From the NCBI GenBank assembly GCA_965238005.1, contig OZ250165.1, positions 1,568,001-1,632,000 on the forward strand: 64,000 bases of DNA, written 5' to 3'. A program made the position numbers and the translations under genes. The stretch is from Longimicrobiales bacterium. Its GTDB lineage: Bacteria > Gemmatimonadota > Gemmatimonadetes > Longimicrobiales > Gaopeijiaceae. The stretch's first letter is position 1, and every line of letters starts with the position of its first letter. The notes under the pieces are model-generated. The model searched no databases, was not told the origin of the DNA, and saw only the letters and a list, made by a program, of their open reading frames with translations. Below are positions 31,211 through 41,742 of the stretch, piece by piece.

Positions 31211-33645
31211 CGCCCGGGGCCAGACCTTTGTTCAACTCGATGCTCAGGGCCGTGAGAACATTCCCGCTGTGTGCTGTCCTATTGACTCTTGTGATGGCGC
31301 CCCCCATCGCTCAGGCGCAACAGAACGTGGCGGGTGAGCCCATTCTCATCGACTCCGTGGCGGTGAAGGGCAACGTACGCCTGGCCGATCTCACCATCAT
31401 CGCGATGGCGGACATCAACCGCGGCACCGCCTACACCATCTTCGACATCCAGAAGGCCACCAAGGAGCTGTGGGCCTCTGGGCAGTTCTGGGACATCACC
31501 GCCCACATCGAAGGCAACGTCGGCGAGCACGTCACCCTGGTGTGGGAGGTCGAAGAACAGGATCTCATGCGGAACGTCGTGATCACGGGCTTGGTCAACG
31601 TGGACGCCGACGAGGTTCGTGACACCACGGGCCTACAGGCGGGGCTGCCTTACTCGCCCGGGAGAGTGGCCGAAGCGAAGGAGTTCATCCGGCAGCAGCT
31701 GGCGTCGAAGGGAATACCGTTCGCGGACATCGTGGAGCGAGCCGCGCCCATCACGAACCGTCAGAAGGAGATCATCCTCTACCTGGATGTGACGGAGGGC
31801 ACGATGATCACCGTGGCCGACGTCGTCTTCACGGGGAACGAGCTCTTCTCGGACGGGGAGTTGAGGGGCGCCATGTCCGTGAAACCGGAGGGGTTCTGGT
31901 GGTGGAAGTCGGGCTCCTACGACCGGCAGCGTCTGGACGAGGATCTCCGTGTGCGTCTGCCGGCCTATTACGCCGCTCGAGGCTATCTGGATTTCCAGGC
32001 CCTGGGGGATTCCCTGATCGTCGATCCGACCACCGGGAAGACCCGAATCCAAGTGACGGTGGAGGAGGGTGTGGAGTACTATCTCGCGGACTTCTCCATC
32101 AACGGGAACAGGGAGTTTTCCACCGAGCGGCTGGAACGGTTTTTTCAGCCGGAGGAGGCAGGTCTTTTCACGACCGTTCTCGGCCAGGAGCGGCTCCCGG
32201 TCTTCGACTCCGTCGCCTTCCAGGCGGCCACCGAGGAGGTGACGCAGCTTTACCGGAACGAGGGATATCTCTACGCCCAGATCGTTCCGTACGTGAACCG
32301 GAATCCGGCGAGCGAGGGGGAGCCCGCTACGGTGAACGTGGGTTGGACGATTCGGGAGGAAGTTCAGGCGTACGTCGCGAGAGTCGATATCGAAGGCAAC
32401 GAGTACACGTACGCGCGGGTCATCCGTGACAAGATCTTCATCCTCCCAGGGGACGTGTACTCGCAGGAGCGCATCATGCAGAGCTTCCAGAATATCTCTT
32501 CGCTCGGCTACTTCGACGTGCCGATGGAGTTTCCGTCCATCCAGGCCAACGAGGACGGGGACGTGAACGTCACCTTCAAGGTGACCGAGAGGCCGACGGG
32601 GGCGATCAACTTCGGTACCTCCGTCGGCGGCTTTTCGGGCCTCGCCGGGTTCGTCGGCTACGACCAACCGAACCTCTTCGGGAAGGGCAAGTCCGGAAGC
32701 ATACGATGGGACTTCGGCCGGTTCGCCAACAACCAGACGATGAGCTATACGGACCCCGGAATCTTCGAGTCACTCGTGAGTGGGTCGCTGAGCCTGTTCA
32801 ACACCCGTGACCGGTTCATCAGCTTCCAATCCGGACGGCGACGGAGGGTAGGTGCTTTCGCCCGCTTCGGATTCCCGATTGCCGGTGCGCGCTTCACACG
32901 GCTCTTTGCCGGTTACGGCCTGTCCCGCACGAAGTTCACGCTGCTGGGCCGCAGCGTCGATCAGTCCCTCTTCGGTCGTCCTCCGGGCACCCAGAGCACA
33001 GTCACGGTGGGCATCGCTCGCTCGACCCTGAACCATCCGGTGTTCCCCACCGTGGGTGGCCGCCAGACGGTGAACGTGGATCTCACCGGCGGGCCCCTCG
33101 GAGGGAACGGCAAGTTCATCAAGACGACGGCCGAGGGTTCGTGGTGGATTCCTGTGGGGGTGGTGGGCGGTGATGTCAATCAACCCGGCTCCGGCCTCTC
33201 GTTCACGTTGGGAATGACCTTCAGGGCCGGCGCCATCCAGGGAGACAGCGAGCGCTTCCCGTTTGAGCGCTTCTGGATGGGTGGTATCCAGTTCGGTGAG
33301 CGGCTCAGGGGGTACGACGAGACCACCGTCACGCCCGAAGGGTTCTTCCCGGAGCGGTCCAGGGAGATTCTCGACATCGACAGGCTGGGGACGGCGTTCT
33401 TCTCCATGACCACAGAGCTGGCATTGCGAATGGGAGCTCAGTTCTCCGTATCTCTCTTCTTCGATGCCGGCGACGTCTGGCGCAGCCCCTGGGAATTCGA
33501 CCCCACGAAGCTGCGGAGGGGCGCGGGCGTCGGCGTTCTGTTGGTAACACCGTTCGGTCCCGTGGGGCTGGACTATGCGTACGGGTTCGACAAGCCTGAG
33601 CCTGGTTGGCAGCTGCACTTCAACCTGGGCGGCGGCGGGTTCTGA
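31207..33645 (+). CDS. bamA: Outer membrane protein assembly factor BamA
   Basis: POTRA domains, LRGY motif, TPFGPVGLDYAYG, terminal F. Confidence 0.93.
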   Translation: MTPGARPLFNSMLRAVRTFPLCAVLLTLVMAPPIAQAQQNVAGEPILIDSVAVKGNVRLADLTIIAMADINRGTAYTIFDIQKATKELWASGQFWDITAHIEGNVGEHVTLVWEVEEQDLMRNVVITGLVNVDADEVRDTTGLQAGLPYSPGRVAEAKEFIRQQLASKGIPFADIVERAAPITNRQKEIILYLDVTEGTMITVADVVFTGNELFSDGELRGAMSVKPEGFWWWKSGSYDRQRLDEDLRVRLPAYYAARGYLDFQALGDSLIVDPTTGKTRIQVTVEEGVEYYLADFSINGNREFSTERLERFFQPEEAGLFTTVLGQERLPVFDSVAFQAATEEVTQLYRNEGYLYAQIVPYVNRNPASEGEPATVNVGWTIREEVQAYVARVDIEGNEYTYARVIRDKIFILPGDVYSQERIMQSFQNISSLGYFDVPMEFPSIQANEDGDVNVTFKVTERPTGAINFGTSVGGFSGLAGFVGYDQPNLFGKGKSGSIRWDFGRFANNQTMSYTDPGIFESLVSGSLSLFNTRDRFISFQSGRRRRVGAFARFGFPIAGARFTRLFAGYGLSRTKFTLLGRSVDQSLFGRPPGTQSTVTVGIARSTLNHPVFPTVGGRQTVNVDLTGGPLGGNGKFIKTTAEGSWWIPVGVVGGDVNQPGSGLSFTLGMTFRAGAIQGDSERFPFERFWMGGIQFGERLRGYDETTVTPEGFFPERSREILDIDRLGTAFFSMTTELALRMGAQFSVSLFFDAGDVWRSPWEFDPTKLRRGAGVGVLLVTPFGPVGLDYAYGFDKPEPGWQLHFNLGGGGF

Positions 33646-33661
33646 TCAGGGAGCATCTCTT

Positions 33662-34186
33662 ATGCGAAGAGTCGTTTTGTTCACGTGCGCCCTCCTCATG
33701 TTGGGTGGGACCGCAAGGGCGCAGACCGCTGAGAGTGGTCTCAGGATCGGCTACGTCAACTCTTCGGCCATCGTAACCGGGAACGCGGATGCCATGGCAG
33801 CCCAGGAGCAGTTCAAGAGGGAGATGGTACCTTTCGAGAGCGAGCTGAAGGCCCTGGAGACCGAGATCGGTCAGCTGTTAAGCCGCTATCAGGCGCAGCA
33901 GGTCACGTTGAGTCCCGACACCCGCAGAAGCCGCCAGCAGGAGATCCAGCAGAAGCAGCAGGAATACCAGAATCGCATGGGGGAGATCGAGGCTGAGGCC
34001 GCCAGGCGCCAGGAGGAGCTCGTGGGGCCCATCATGGAGCGCATCAACGACATCATCCAGGATATCCGGCGGGAGGGCTCGTACACGTTCATCTTCGACG
34101 TCTCTGCCGGTGGGTTGATCGCAGCCGACGAGGCCTTCGACTTGACGGACGAGGTGATCCAGAGGTTGGCCACCCAAGGAGGCTGA
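33662..34186 (+). CDS. skp: OmpH/Skp chaperone
   Basis: Signal peptide, RIGYVN, coiled coil, DLTDEVI; follows bamA. Confidence 0.9.
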   Translation: MRRVVLFTCALLMLGGTARAQTAESGLRIGYVNSSAIVTGNADAMAAQEQFKREMVPFESELKALETEIGQLLSRYQAQQVTLSPDTRRSRQQEIQQKQQEYQNRMGEIEAEAARRQEELVGPIMERINDIIQDIRREGSYTFIFDVSAGGLIAADEAFDLTDEVIQRLATQGG

Positions 34187-34190
34187 CATA

Positions 34191-35249
34191 GTGAAGGCCA
34201 GCCCCGCGGGCCACACCCTGGCTGATCTGGCGTCCCTGGTGGGGGGACGCGCCGTAGGAGACGTCGAACTCTCCGTCAAAGGGATCGCCACCCTCGCTCA
34301 CGCGGGACCCGACGAGTTGGGGCTGCTGGCCGATCGCACGTACCTCAAAGGAGTACCGGAGAGCAACGCCGGCGCGCTCCTGATCTCCGAAGAGCTTGAC
34401 CCCGAAGTGACCGACGCGCCCAACCGCTTGGTCGTCGAGAATCCTCGCGAGGCCTTGGCCTTCCTTATCGGCCACTTCCATCCGGAGCCGCCGCGCCGCC
34501 CCGGCATCCACCCCACGGCGGTCATCGGCGAGCGGGTCCAACTAGGTCTGGACGTCAGTGTGGGGCCGTACGTGGTGGTGGAGGACGACGTGGTCATCGG
34601 CCACCGAACCACGCTCCACGCCCACGTCGTGGTGCGGCAGGACGCGCGGATAGGCGACGATTCGGTCCTGCATCCTCACGCGGTCCTCTATCCTCAGGCC
34701 CGCGTGGGCAACCGAGTCGTGCTCCACGCGGGTGTGCGCATCGGCGTGGACGGCTTCGGGTACACGCCCAGCGGCGGCGAGCCGAAGAAGATCCCTCATG
34801 TGGGTCTCTGCGTGATCGGAGATGACGTGGAGATCGGCGCGAACAGCTGTGTGGATCGCGGCTCCATCGGTCGTACCGAGCTCGGCAACCAGACCAAGCT
34901 CGACAACCTGGTTCACATCGGGCACAACGTCAGCGTCGGGCCCCACAGCGTGATGTCGGCCATGGTGGGCATCGGGGGGTCGACGAGTATCGGAGCCGGC
35001 ACGATGTGGGGTGGGCAGTCAGGGGCCATGGATCACCTCGAGATCGGGGACGAGACCAGAGTGGCCGCCCAAGCGGGGCTCATCGACAACCTACCCTCGG
35101 GGAGCACGGTGGCCGGCTTCCCGGCCCGGCCGATCAGGGACTTCTTCAGGGCCAACGCGGCCATGTATCGTGTCGCGGACTTGAGGCGGCGCGTACGGAA
35201 CATGGAGAGGGCTCTAGGGCTTGGCCGCAGCCGAGAAGACGCCGAATAG
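34191..35249 (+). CDS. lpxD: UDP-3-O-acylglucosamine N-acyltransferase
   Basis: Hexapeptide repeats, DGFGY, VEIGANSCVDRG, KLDNLVHIGHN. Confidence 0.95.
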   Translation: MKASPAGHTLADLASLVGGRAVGDVELSVKGIATLAHAGPDELGLLADRTYLKGVPESNAGALLISEELDPEVTDAPNRLVVENPREALAFLIGHFHPEPPRRPGIHPTAVIGERVQLGLDVSVGPYVVVEDDVVIGHRTTLHAHVVVRQDARIGDDSVLHPHAVLYPQARVGNRVVLHAGVRIGVDGFGYTPSGGEPKKIPHVGLCVIGDDVEIGANSCVDRGSIGRTELGNQTKLDNLVHIGHNVSVGPHSVMSAMVGIGGSTSIGAGTMWGGQSGAMDHLEIGDETRVAAQAGLIDNLPSGSTVAGFPARPIRDFFRANAAMYRVADLRRRVRNMERALGLGRSREDAE

Positions 35250-35251
35250 GA

Positions 35252-36535
35252 ATGGTTTACACCAAACAACGCACGTTGGCTGGTGAAAGGGCCCTTGAGG
35301 GCATCGGCGTGCACTCCGGGGAGTCCGCGACACTGACCATGAAGCCGGCCGACGGCGGAGGGATTCGCTTTCGTCGCATCGATGTGGAGGGGCAGCCCGA
35401 GATACCTGCGGATCTGGACCACGTGGTGGGAACGGATCTGGGCACGAGCCTCGGAGCGGGCGACGTCACGGTCTTGACCGTGGAGCACGTCATGGCGGCT
35501 CTGTCGGCCGCAGGGATCGACGATGCCATCCTCGAGCTCACGGGTCCCGAGCCCCCCATCCTGGATGGCAGCTTCCAGCGCTACCTGGATGCCATCTCCG
35601 AGGTAGGTGCGGTAGAACTGGACGAGCCTGCGGAGGTTCTGGCCGTGCGGAAGGCCCTGACGGTGAGTGTCGATACCGGAGCGTTGTACGTGGCGTCGCC
35701 CGCGGAGGACCTGCGCATCTCGGCGACCATCGACTTCGAGCATGCGACCATCGGACGCCAGTTCGGCACGTTCGACGTCACGGAGGAGGCCTTCCGTAGC
35801 GAGATTGCGCCCGCTCGGACGTTCGGGTTCCATCGCGACGCCAAGGAGCTACAGGAACGTGGGCTCGCCCGGGGCGCGTCGCTGGAAAACACGATCGTAC
35901 TGGATGACGACGGTGTCATGAATGACGGTCTTCGATTCGAAGACGAGTTCCTGCGTCACAAGGTGGGCGACCTCATCGGCGACCTAGCGCTCATCGGCGG
36001 ACGGATTCAGGGGCACATCGTGTCCGAGAGGCCCAGCCACAAGGGGAACATAGCTTTGGCCAGGGCGTTGAAGGATCACGCACGGAAGGGAGCGTCTCAA
36101 TTCCCAGTGGAAGTTCAACGTATCATGGAGTACCTGCCCCACCGGTATCCCTTCCTCCTCGTGGATCGGGTCCTGGAGTTCGAGTCGGGCAAGAGGATCG
36201 TCGGCATCAAGAACGTGACGATCAACGAGCCCTTCTTCCAAGGACACTTTCCCGGACACCCCATCATGCCCGGGGTCCTGATCATCGAGGCCATGGCGCA
36301 GGTGGGCGGGCTTCTGCTGATGGACACGGTGGCCGACCCGGAGGACAAAATCGTCTACTTCATGTCGCTCGATAACGTGAAGTGGCGGAAGCCGGTGATC
36401 CCTGGGGATCAGCTGGTCTTCGATATCAAGATGGTCCAGTTCCGCAGGAACGTGTGCAAGATCAGGGGCGTGGCACGAGTGGACGACAATGTGGTGGCGG
36501 AGGCGGATCTGATGGCAAGGATCATCGATAGATGA
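35252..36535 (+). CDS. lpxC/fabZ: Bifunctional LpxC-FabZ
   Basis: [36 protein letters not shown] followed by [31 protein letters not shown]. Confidence 0.95.
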   Translation: MVYTKQRTLAGERALEGIGVHSGESATLTMKPADGGGIRFRRIDVEGQPEIPADLDHVVGTDLGTSLGAGDVTVLTVEHVMAALSAAGIDDAILELTGPEPPILDGSFQRYLDAISEVGAVELDEPAEVLAVRKALTVSVDTGALYVASPAEDLRISATIDFEHATIGRQFGTFDVTEEAFRSEIAPARTFGFHRDAKELQERGLARGASLENTIVLDDDGVMNDGLRFEDEFLRHKVGDLIGDLALIGGRIQGHIVSERPSHKGNIALARALKDHARKGASQFPVEVQRIMEYLPHRYPFLLVDRVLEFESGKRIVGIKNVTINEPFFQGHFPGHPIMPGVLIIEAMAQVGGLLLMDTVADPEDKIVYFMSLDNVKWRKPVIPGDQLVFDIKMVQFRRNVCKIRGVARVDDNVVAEADLMARIIDR

Positions 36536-37347
36536 GCGATACATACTGGAGTGAGCGGGCCGACGAGCGGACCGATGTCCAGGTCCACCCGACGGCCATC
36601 GTCGACGCCGGCGCGCGCTTGGGGGGGGACGTGGTCGTGGGCCCGTTCTCCATCATCGGCCCCGGGGTCGCCGTGGGGAACGGGACGATCATCGGCCCCC
36701 ACGTGTTGATGGAGCGCGATACGACCATCGGGGAGCAGTGCCAGATCGCTCAAGGAGCCGTGCTGGGGACGGACCCTCAGGACCTCAAGTACGAGGGCGA
36801 GGCGTCACACCTCTACGTGGGCGACCGCACGGTGATCCGCGAGTACGCCACGCTCAATCGCGGAACCCGGGCATCCCGCAAGACGGTGGTAGGAAGTGAC
36901 TGCCTGATCATGGCGTACGCCCACATCGCCCACGACTGCGAGATCGGGAACCACGTCATTCTGTCGAACGCCGTGAACATGGCGGGCCATGTCGTCATCG
37001 AAGACTGGGTCATCATCGGTGGGATCACCGCCATCCATCAGTTCGTGCGCATCGGCGCGCACTCGTTCTGCGGCGGCGGATCCCGCATACCGCAGGACAT
37101 ACCGCCGTACATCAGGGTGGCGGGCAACCCGGCCAAGCTCTATGGCCTGAATACGGTCGGTCTGGAGCGTCGCGGCGTGTCCGAGGATGTGAAGCGGGCT
37201 CTCAAGCAGGCGTATCGGACCCTCTTCCAGTCAAAGCTCAACCTCTCCCAGGCTCTGGACCAGGCGGAGGAAGAGGTGGCACAGATCCCCGAGGTAAGGC
37301 ACCTCCTGACCTTCATCCGGGATAGCGAGCGTGGCATCACGACCTAG
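36532..37347 (+). CDS. lpxA: UDP-N-acetylglucosamine acyltransferase
   Basis: VHPTAIV, PQDLKY, IREY, HIAHDC, IHQFVRIG. Confidence 0.95.
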   Translation: MSDTYWSERADERTDVQVHPTAIVDAGARLGGDVVVGPFSIIGPGVAVGNGTIIGPHVLMERDTTIGEQCQIAQGAVLGTDPQDLKYEGEASHLYVGDRTVIREYATLNRGTRASRKTVVGSDCLIMAYAHIAHDCEIGNHVILSNAVNMAGHVVIEDWVIIGGITAIHQFVRIGAHSFCGGGSRIPQDIPPYIRVAGNPAKLYGLNTVGLERRGVSEDVKRALKQAYRTLFQSKLNLSQALDQAEEEVAQIPEVRHLLTFIRDSERGITT

Positions 37348-38356
37348 CAGGTCGTCGTCCGGTTCACCCGCTATCGGCGTCGTAGGCGTCGGGAGCCTCG
37401 GCTATCACCACGCTCGAATCCTCGCTTCCCTCGACGGAGTCCACATGGCGGGCATCTACGACGTCGACGCGGACCGGGCCCATGAGGTAGGTCATACGCT
37501 GGAGCTGGAGGTCCACTCCGGCCTGGACTCGCTCCTCGATGCGGCGAACGGGCTCGTGGTGGCGGTCCCCACCGTCGAGCACGAGGCTGTGGCCGTGGCG
37601 GCGCTGGGGCGGGGCGTGGACGTACTGGTGGAGAAGCCTCTGGCGCCGTCCCTCGAGGCTGCGGACCGCATCCTGGAGGCTGCCGAGTCAAGCGGTGCGA
37701 TGATCCAGGTCGGGCACATAGAGCGGTTCAATGCCGCCATCCGAGCCGCAGAGCCTTTCCTCCAGGCCCCTCTCTTCATCGAGTCGCACAGGCTCGCTCC
37801 CTTCGTTCAGAGAAGTACCGACGTAGCGGTCGTTCTGGACCTGATGATCCACGACGTCGACCTGGTGCAAAGCCTCGTAGGGAGGCCCATCAAGGATGTC
37901 GCCGCTACGGGGATGCCGGTTCTGACGCCCAGCATCGACATCGCCAACGCGCGGCTCGGGTTCGAGGGAGGGGCGGTGGCGAACCTCACCGCGAGCCGGG
38001 TATCGATGGAGCGGATGCGAAAGCTCCGCATCTTCCAGGAGTCCGGATATATCAGCCTTAACCTCGCCGACGGAACGGGCGAGTTCCTCAAGCTGAAGCA
38101 GGATCTGCCGTTGTTCTCGGGCGGCGGACACATCGAGATGCCGAGGGAGGGTGGGCTCGCCGATATCGTGGAGCGAGTTCCTCTGCAAGGTGACGGTGCA
38201 GAGCCTCTGGCCAAGGAGCTGGAGAACTTCCGTGACGCGGTGGCGGGGCGGGGGGCACCGGCCGCGGACGGTGAGGACGGACGCTCTGCCCTGGCGGTAT
38301 CCCTATTGATCGAAGAGCGCATCGAGACCTATGTCGCTGATACGAGTCCGGCGTGA
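37331..38356 (+). CDS. Gfo/Idh/MocA oxidoreductase (GnnA-like)
   Basis: GVGSLG, EKP, GHIERFN, DLMIHD, ANLTASRVS; lies between lpxA and lpxB. Confidence 0.85.
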   Translation: MASRPSRSSSGSPAIGVVGVGSLGYHHARILASLDGVHMAGIYDVDADRAHEVGHTLELEVHSGLDSLLDAANGLVVAVPTVEHEAVAVAALGRGVDVLVEKPLAPSLEAADRILEAAESSGAMIQVGHIERFNAAIRAAEPFLQAPLFIESHRLAPFVQRSTDVAVVLDLMIHDVDLVQSLVGRPIKDVAATGMPVLTPSIDIANARLGFEGGAVANLTASRVSMERMRKLRIFQESGYISLNLADGTGEFLKLKQDLPLFSGGGHIEMPREGGLADIVERVPLQGDGAEPLAKELENFRDAVAGRGAPAADGEDGRSALAVSLLIEERIETYVADTSPA

Positions 38357-38465
38357 CCGGAAGAAGAACTGGATCGACAACAAGAAAGGGCTGCCGCCGC
38401 GGCAGCTCATCTTCCTCCTGGTCCTCCTCCTCATCGTGATCTGGTACCTGGGTGTCCGATTCTGA
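38331..38465 (+). CDS. 44-aa small membrane protein (not in the ORF track)
   Basis: MSLIRVRRDRKKNWIDNKKGLPPRQLIFLLVLLLIVIWYLGVRF: basic N-terminus plus one TM; fills the operon gap. Confidence 0.6.
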   Translation: MSLIRVRRDRKKNWIDNKKGLPPRQLIFLLVLLLIVIWYLGVRF

Positions 38466-38472
38466 GGGCTCT

Positions 38473-39603
38473 GTGGGCAAAGGAACGCCCACGATCCTCA
38501 TGCTTGCCGGGGAGGCCTCGGGTGACCAGCACGGGGCGCGTGTCGCCCGGGCCCTGAAGGCACGATGGCCCGGGTGTCGTCTGCTGGGCCTGGGTGGCGA
38601 GGGCATGAGGGCCGAGGGCGTGGATCTGTTGGCGGATCTCGATCGGCTCGCCGTCATGGGCTTCGCCGAGGTTCTCGCGCATCTGCCTTTCTTCTACCGC
38701 CTGGAACGCCGCATCCTGGCTCTCCTCGACGGTGGCTCCATCGACCTCGTTCTCCCCATCGACTATCCCGGCTTCAACCTCAGGATCGCGAGGGCGGCGC
38801 GGCGGCGTGGCATCCGGGTCCTCTACTACATCGCTCCTCAGGTGTGGGCCTGGAAGCCCGGTCGGGCCCGGCGGCTCGCCGAGGATTGCGATCACCTGGC
38901 CGTGATACTCCCGTTCGAGATGGACGTCTTCCAGGAGGCGGGAGCTCGAGTGACCTTCGTCGGCCACCCGCTGCTCGACGAGGACGTGCCGGAGCCCGAT
39001 CCGGTCGGGTTTTGCAAGCGCTGGGCTCTCGATCCGGACAAGCCGATCCTGGCGCTCTTTCCGGGGTCCCGGTCACAGGAGCTGTCTCGACACCAGGAGC
39101 TGTTCCTCGCCACCGGCAGACGACTGAAGAGCGAGAGACCCGATCTCCAGATGGCGTGGGCCAAGGCCTCGTCGGCTCACGCCTCGGCGTTTGCGGGTTC
39201 GGACCTGCCGGTGGTGGACGACGCTCGGAGCCTGCTGGCGCATGCGAGGGCGGCCCTGGTGAAGTCTGGCACGACCACCCTGGAAGCGGCGCTCCGAGCC
39301 ACGCCGTTCGTGACGGTATATCGGACTCATCCCGTTACGTACCTTCTCGCCCGTCTGCTGATCAGGGTCGACCGAGTGGCGTTGGCGAACCTCGTGGCGG
39401 GGGAGGACGTCGTACCGGAAGTGCTTCAGGGGTCGGCAACACCGGAGTACCTGGCCTCCCTTCTCGAGCCTCTTCTCGATCCGGAGTCCACTGAGCGGGG
39501 CCGCATGATCGAGGGACTGGGGCGTGTGCGCGGTGCCCTGGGTGAGCCGGGGGCTTCGGAGCGGGTGGCGGACCTGGTGGCGCGGGTCTTGGAGAGGGCA
39601 TGA
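38473..39603 (+). CDS. lpxB: Lipid-A-disaccharide synthase
   Basis: AGEASGD, AVMGFAEV, IDYPGFN, PQVWAW, FVGHPL, PGSR, SGTTTLE. Confidence 0.95.
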   Translation: MGKGTPTILMLAGEASGDQHGARVARALKARWPGCRLLGLGGEGMRAEGVDLLADLDRLAVMGFAEVLAHLPFFYRLERRILALLDGGSIDLVLPIDYPGFNLRIARAARRRGIRVLYYIAPQVWAWKPGRARRLAEDCDHLAVILPFEMDVFQEAGARVTFVGHPLLDEDVPEPDPVGFCKRWALDPDKPILALFPGSRSQELSRHQELFLATGRRLKSERPDLQMAWAKASSAHASAFAGSDLPVVDDARSLLAHARAALVKSGTTTLEAALRATPFVTVYRTHPVTYLLARLLIRVDRVALANLVAGEDVVPEVLQGSATPEYLASLLEPLLDPESTERGRMIEGLGRVRGALGEPGASERVADLVARVLERA

Positions 39604-40259
39604 AAAGGCGCACCTCGGGGCTGCAGTATTCCGCGGCGGGGATCCTGGGCCAGGGCCTGATCGGAACACTCTTCCTGACCGTTCGCTTCCAGACGATGGG
39701 AGAGGACCGTCTCCGCCCGTTCCGGGACGCCGGAACGCCGGTCATCTTCGTCTTCTGGCACGGGCGCCTCCTTCCGCTGATCCACGGCCACCGCCACCGG
39801 GGGGCCGTGGTGCTCGTGAGCGAGCACGGCGACGGCGAGTACATCACGCGGATTCTCGAGCGGTTCGGCTTCGGCACCGTTCGAGGCTCGAGTACCCATG
39901 GAGGTGTGCGCGGCCTCAAGGGACTCATCCGCGCGGCCCGGCAAGGCTACGATCTGGCCGTAACGCCCGACGGCCCACGCGGCCCGAACCGCGAGCTCAA
40001 GCCCGGGGCCCTTACGGTTGCACGCATGACGGGGCTGCCGCTCATTCCCGTCGGTGTGGGAGCGAGCTCAAGTTGGCGCGCCGACAGCTGGGATCGTTTC
40101 CTGGTGCCCAGACCCTTCTCGACGGTTCAGATCGCCTATGGAGAGCCGTGCTTCATCGCCAGGGATGCCGTCGAGGCGGAGATCGAAGATACGGTACGGA
40201 CCGTGACACAGGCCCTCGCCGACTTGTCGGTGCGGGTTGGGGACACAGTGGACTGGTGA
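39600..40259 (+). CDS. DUF374 / lysophospholipid acyltransferase family protein
   Basis: FWHGRL, SEHGDGE, VRGSS, TPDGPRGP, SWDRF. Confidence 0.88.
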   Translation: MKRRTSGLQYSAAGILGQGLIGTLFLTVRFQTMGEDRLRPFRDAGTPVIFVFWHGRLLPLIHGHRHRGAVVLVSEHGDGEYITRILERFGFGTVRGSSTHGGVRGLKGLIRAARQGYDLAVTPDGPRGPNRELKPGALTVARMTGLPLIPVGVGASSSWRADSWDRFLVPRPFSTVQIAYGEPCFIARDAVEAEIEDTVRTVTQALADLSVRVGDTVDW

Positions 40260-41266
40260 GGAATCTCCAGGCGTGGCTGCGGCGGGTTTGGAGTGGAGAA
40301 GCAGGGTTCTTGGGTGGGATCGTGAGTGCCGTGCTCTGCCCCGTGGAGTTGTTCTATCGGGGAGTGATCGGCCTCAGAAACCGGGGATACGATTTGGGAG
40401 TTCTTCCCACCACCGAGCCGCCCATCCCGGTGATCTCGGTAGGTAATCTGGCCGTGGGAGGGACGGGAAAGACACCCTTCTCGGGCTGGCTCGTTTCGCG
40501 TCTCGAGGAGATGGGTCGTCGTCCGGCTCTCGTCATCCGGGGTTACGGGTCGGACGAGGTACGGCTGCACCGCGCCTGGAATCCGAGTGCCGTGGTGGTT
40601 GTGGACCCCCAGCGACTCAGGGGCGTTGCGCTGGCGGCGGAGCGAGGAGCCGACGTGGCCGTCTTGGACGATGCCTTCCAGCATCGTGCCATCGGAAGGC
40701 AGGTGGACATCGTGCTGGTCGCGGCGGAGCACGGGGCCCGGCGTGCGCTTCTGCCGAGGGGGCGCCTCCGGGAGACGCTCCGATCACTCGCCCGGGCCGA
40801 TGCGGTTGTGGTCACCCGCAAGACGGCGAGCCGCGCGGAGGCCGACCGGATCGGCGGGCATATTGAAGCTGCCGTCCCAGGCATTTTGGCACAGATCAGC
40901 TTCGAGGCCGCGGCGTGGACCGATCTCGACGGGTCGGTCGTTTCACCTCCACTCGGTGAGGATCTCGTGGCGGTGACCAGTGTGGCCGAGCCCCAGCCGT
41001 TCCAGGAGATGGTGCGGGACCAGACGTCGAGTGCAGTCGAGAGCTTCGCGTTTCGCGATCACTTTGTGTTTCAACAAGCCGACGTTCGGCGAATGGTGAA
41101 GGAGGCGGGTGGACGCTCCATCGTCACCACGGAGAAGGATGCGGTGAAGCTGAAGGACTTCTCGGAGATGCTGCCGTCGACGTACGTGTTACGCTTGCGG
41201 GTGGCCTGGGAGTCCGGCCACGACGATCTGATGGCCCTCATTGAAGATGCGCTGGAGGGCGGATGA
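40256..41266 (+). CDS. lpxK: Tetraacyldisaccharide 4'-kinase
   Basis: VISVGNLAVGGTGKTP, RGYG, LDDAFQH, LPRGRLRE, TTEKDAVK. Confidence 0.94.
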   Translation: MRNLQAWLRRVWSGEAGFLGGIVSAVLCPVELFYRGVIGLRNRGYDLGVLPTTEPPIPVISVGNLAVGGTGKTPFSGWLVSRLEEMGRRPALVIRGYGSDEVRLHRAWNPSAVVVVDPQRLRGVALAAERGADVAVLDDAFQHRAIGRQVDIVLVAAEHGARRALLPRGRLRETLRSLARADAVVVTRKTASRAEADRIGGHIEAAVPGILAQISFEAAAWTDLDGSVVSPPLGEDLVAVTSVAEPQPFQEMVRDQTSSAVESFAFRDHFVFQQADVRRMVKEAGGRSIVTTEKDAVKLKDFSEMLPSTYVLRLRVAWESGHDDLMALIEDALEGG

Positions 41267-41742
41267 CCATCACCGTCGTCGCCGTCGGGCGTGCCGGATC
41301 ACCCTTGAAAGCCGCGGTGGAGGAATACGAGGCTCGGGCCAAGCGGTACTGGAAGCTGAGCGTGGTCGAGCTCCCCTCCGGCACGGCAGGCAATAGGAGG
41401 GGTGACGCGGGGCGGGCCGTCAGGACGGAAGAGAAGCTCATCCTGAAGAAGCTATCGGACCGTGCCGAGGTCGTCGCCCTCACGCGGGCCGGTACGCATA
41501 TGAGCTCTCCGGAGCTGGCAAGGTATCTCGAGGACCGTGCTCTCCGTTCGATCCCCGAGGTAACCTTCGTCATCGGCGGGGCTTTCGGGCTCGGAGCCGG
41601 CGTATTGGAGCGCGCAGATCGCACCTTGGCCCTTTCGGCGGGCACGCTTCCGCATGAGCTTGCACGGCTGGTGTTGGCCGAGCAGCTCTACCGCGCCGGG
41701 ACGATCGTGAGAAACGAGCCGTATCACAAAGGGGGGAAGTGA
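41263..41742 (+). CDS. rlmH: 23S rRNA m3Psi1915 methyltransferase
   Basis: FVIGGAFGL, TLPHELARLVLAEQLYRA, PYHK. Confidence 0.93.
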   Translation: MTITVVAVGRAGSPLKAAVEEYEARAKRYWKLSVVELPSGTAGNRRGDAGRAVRTEEKLILKKLSDRAEVVALTRAGTHMSSPELARYLEDRALRSIPEVTFVIGGAFGLGAGVLERADRTLALSAGTLPHELARLVLAEQLYRAGTIVRNEPYHKGGK

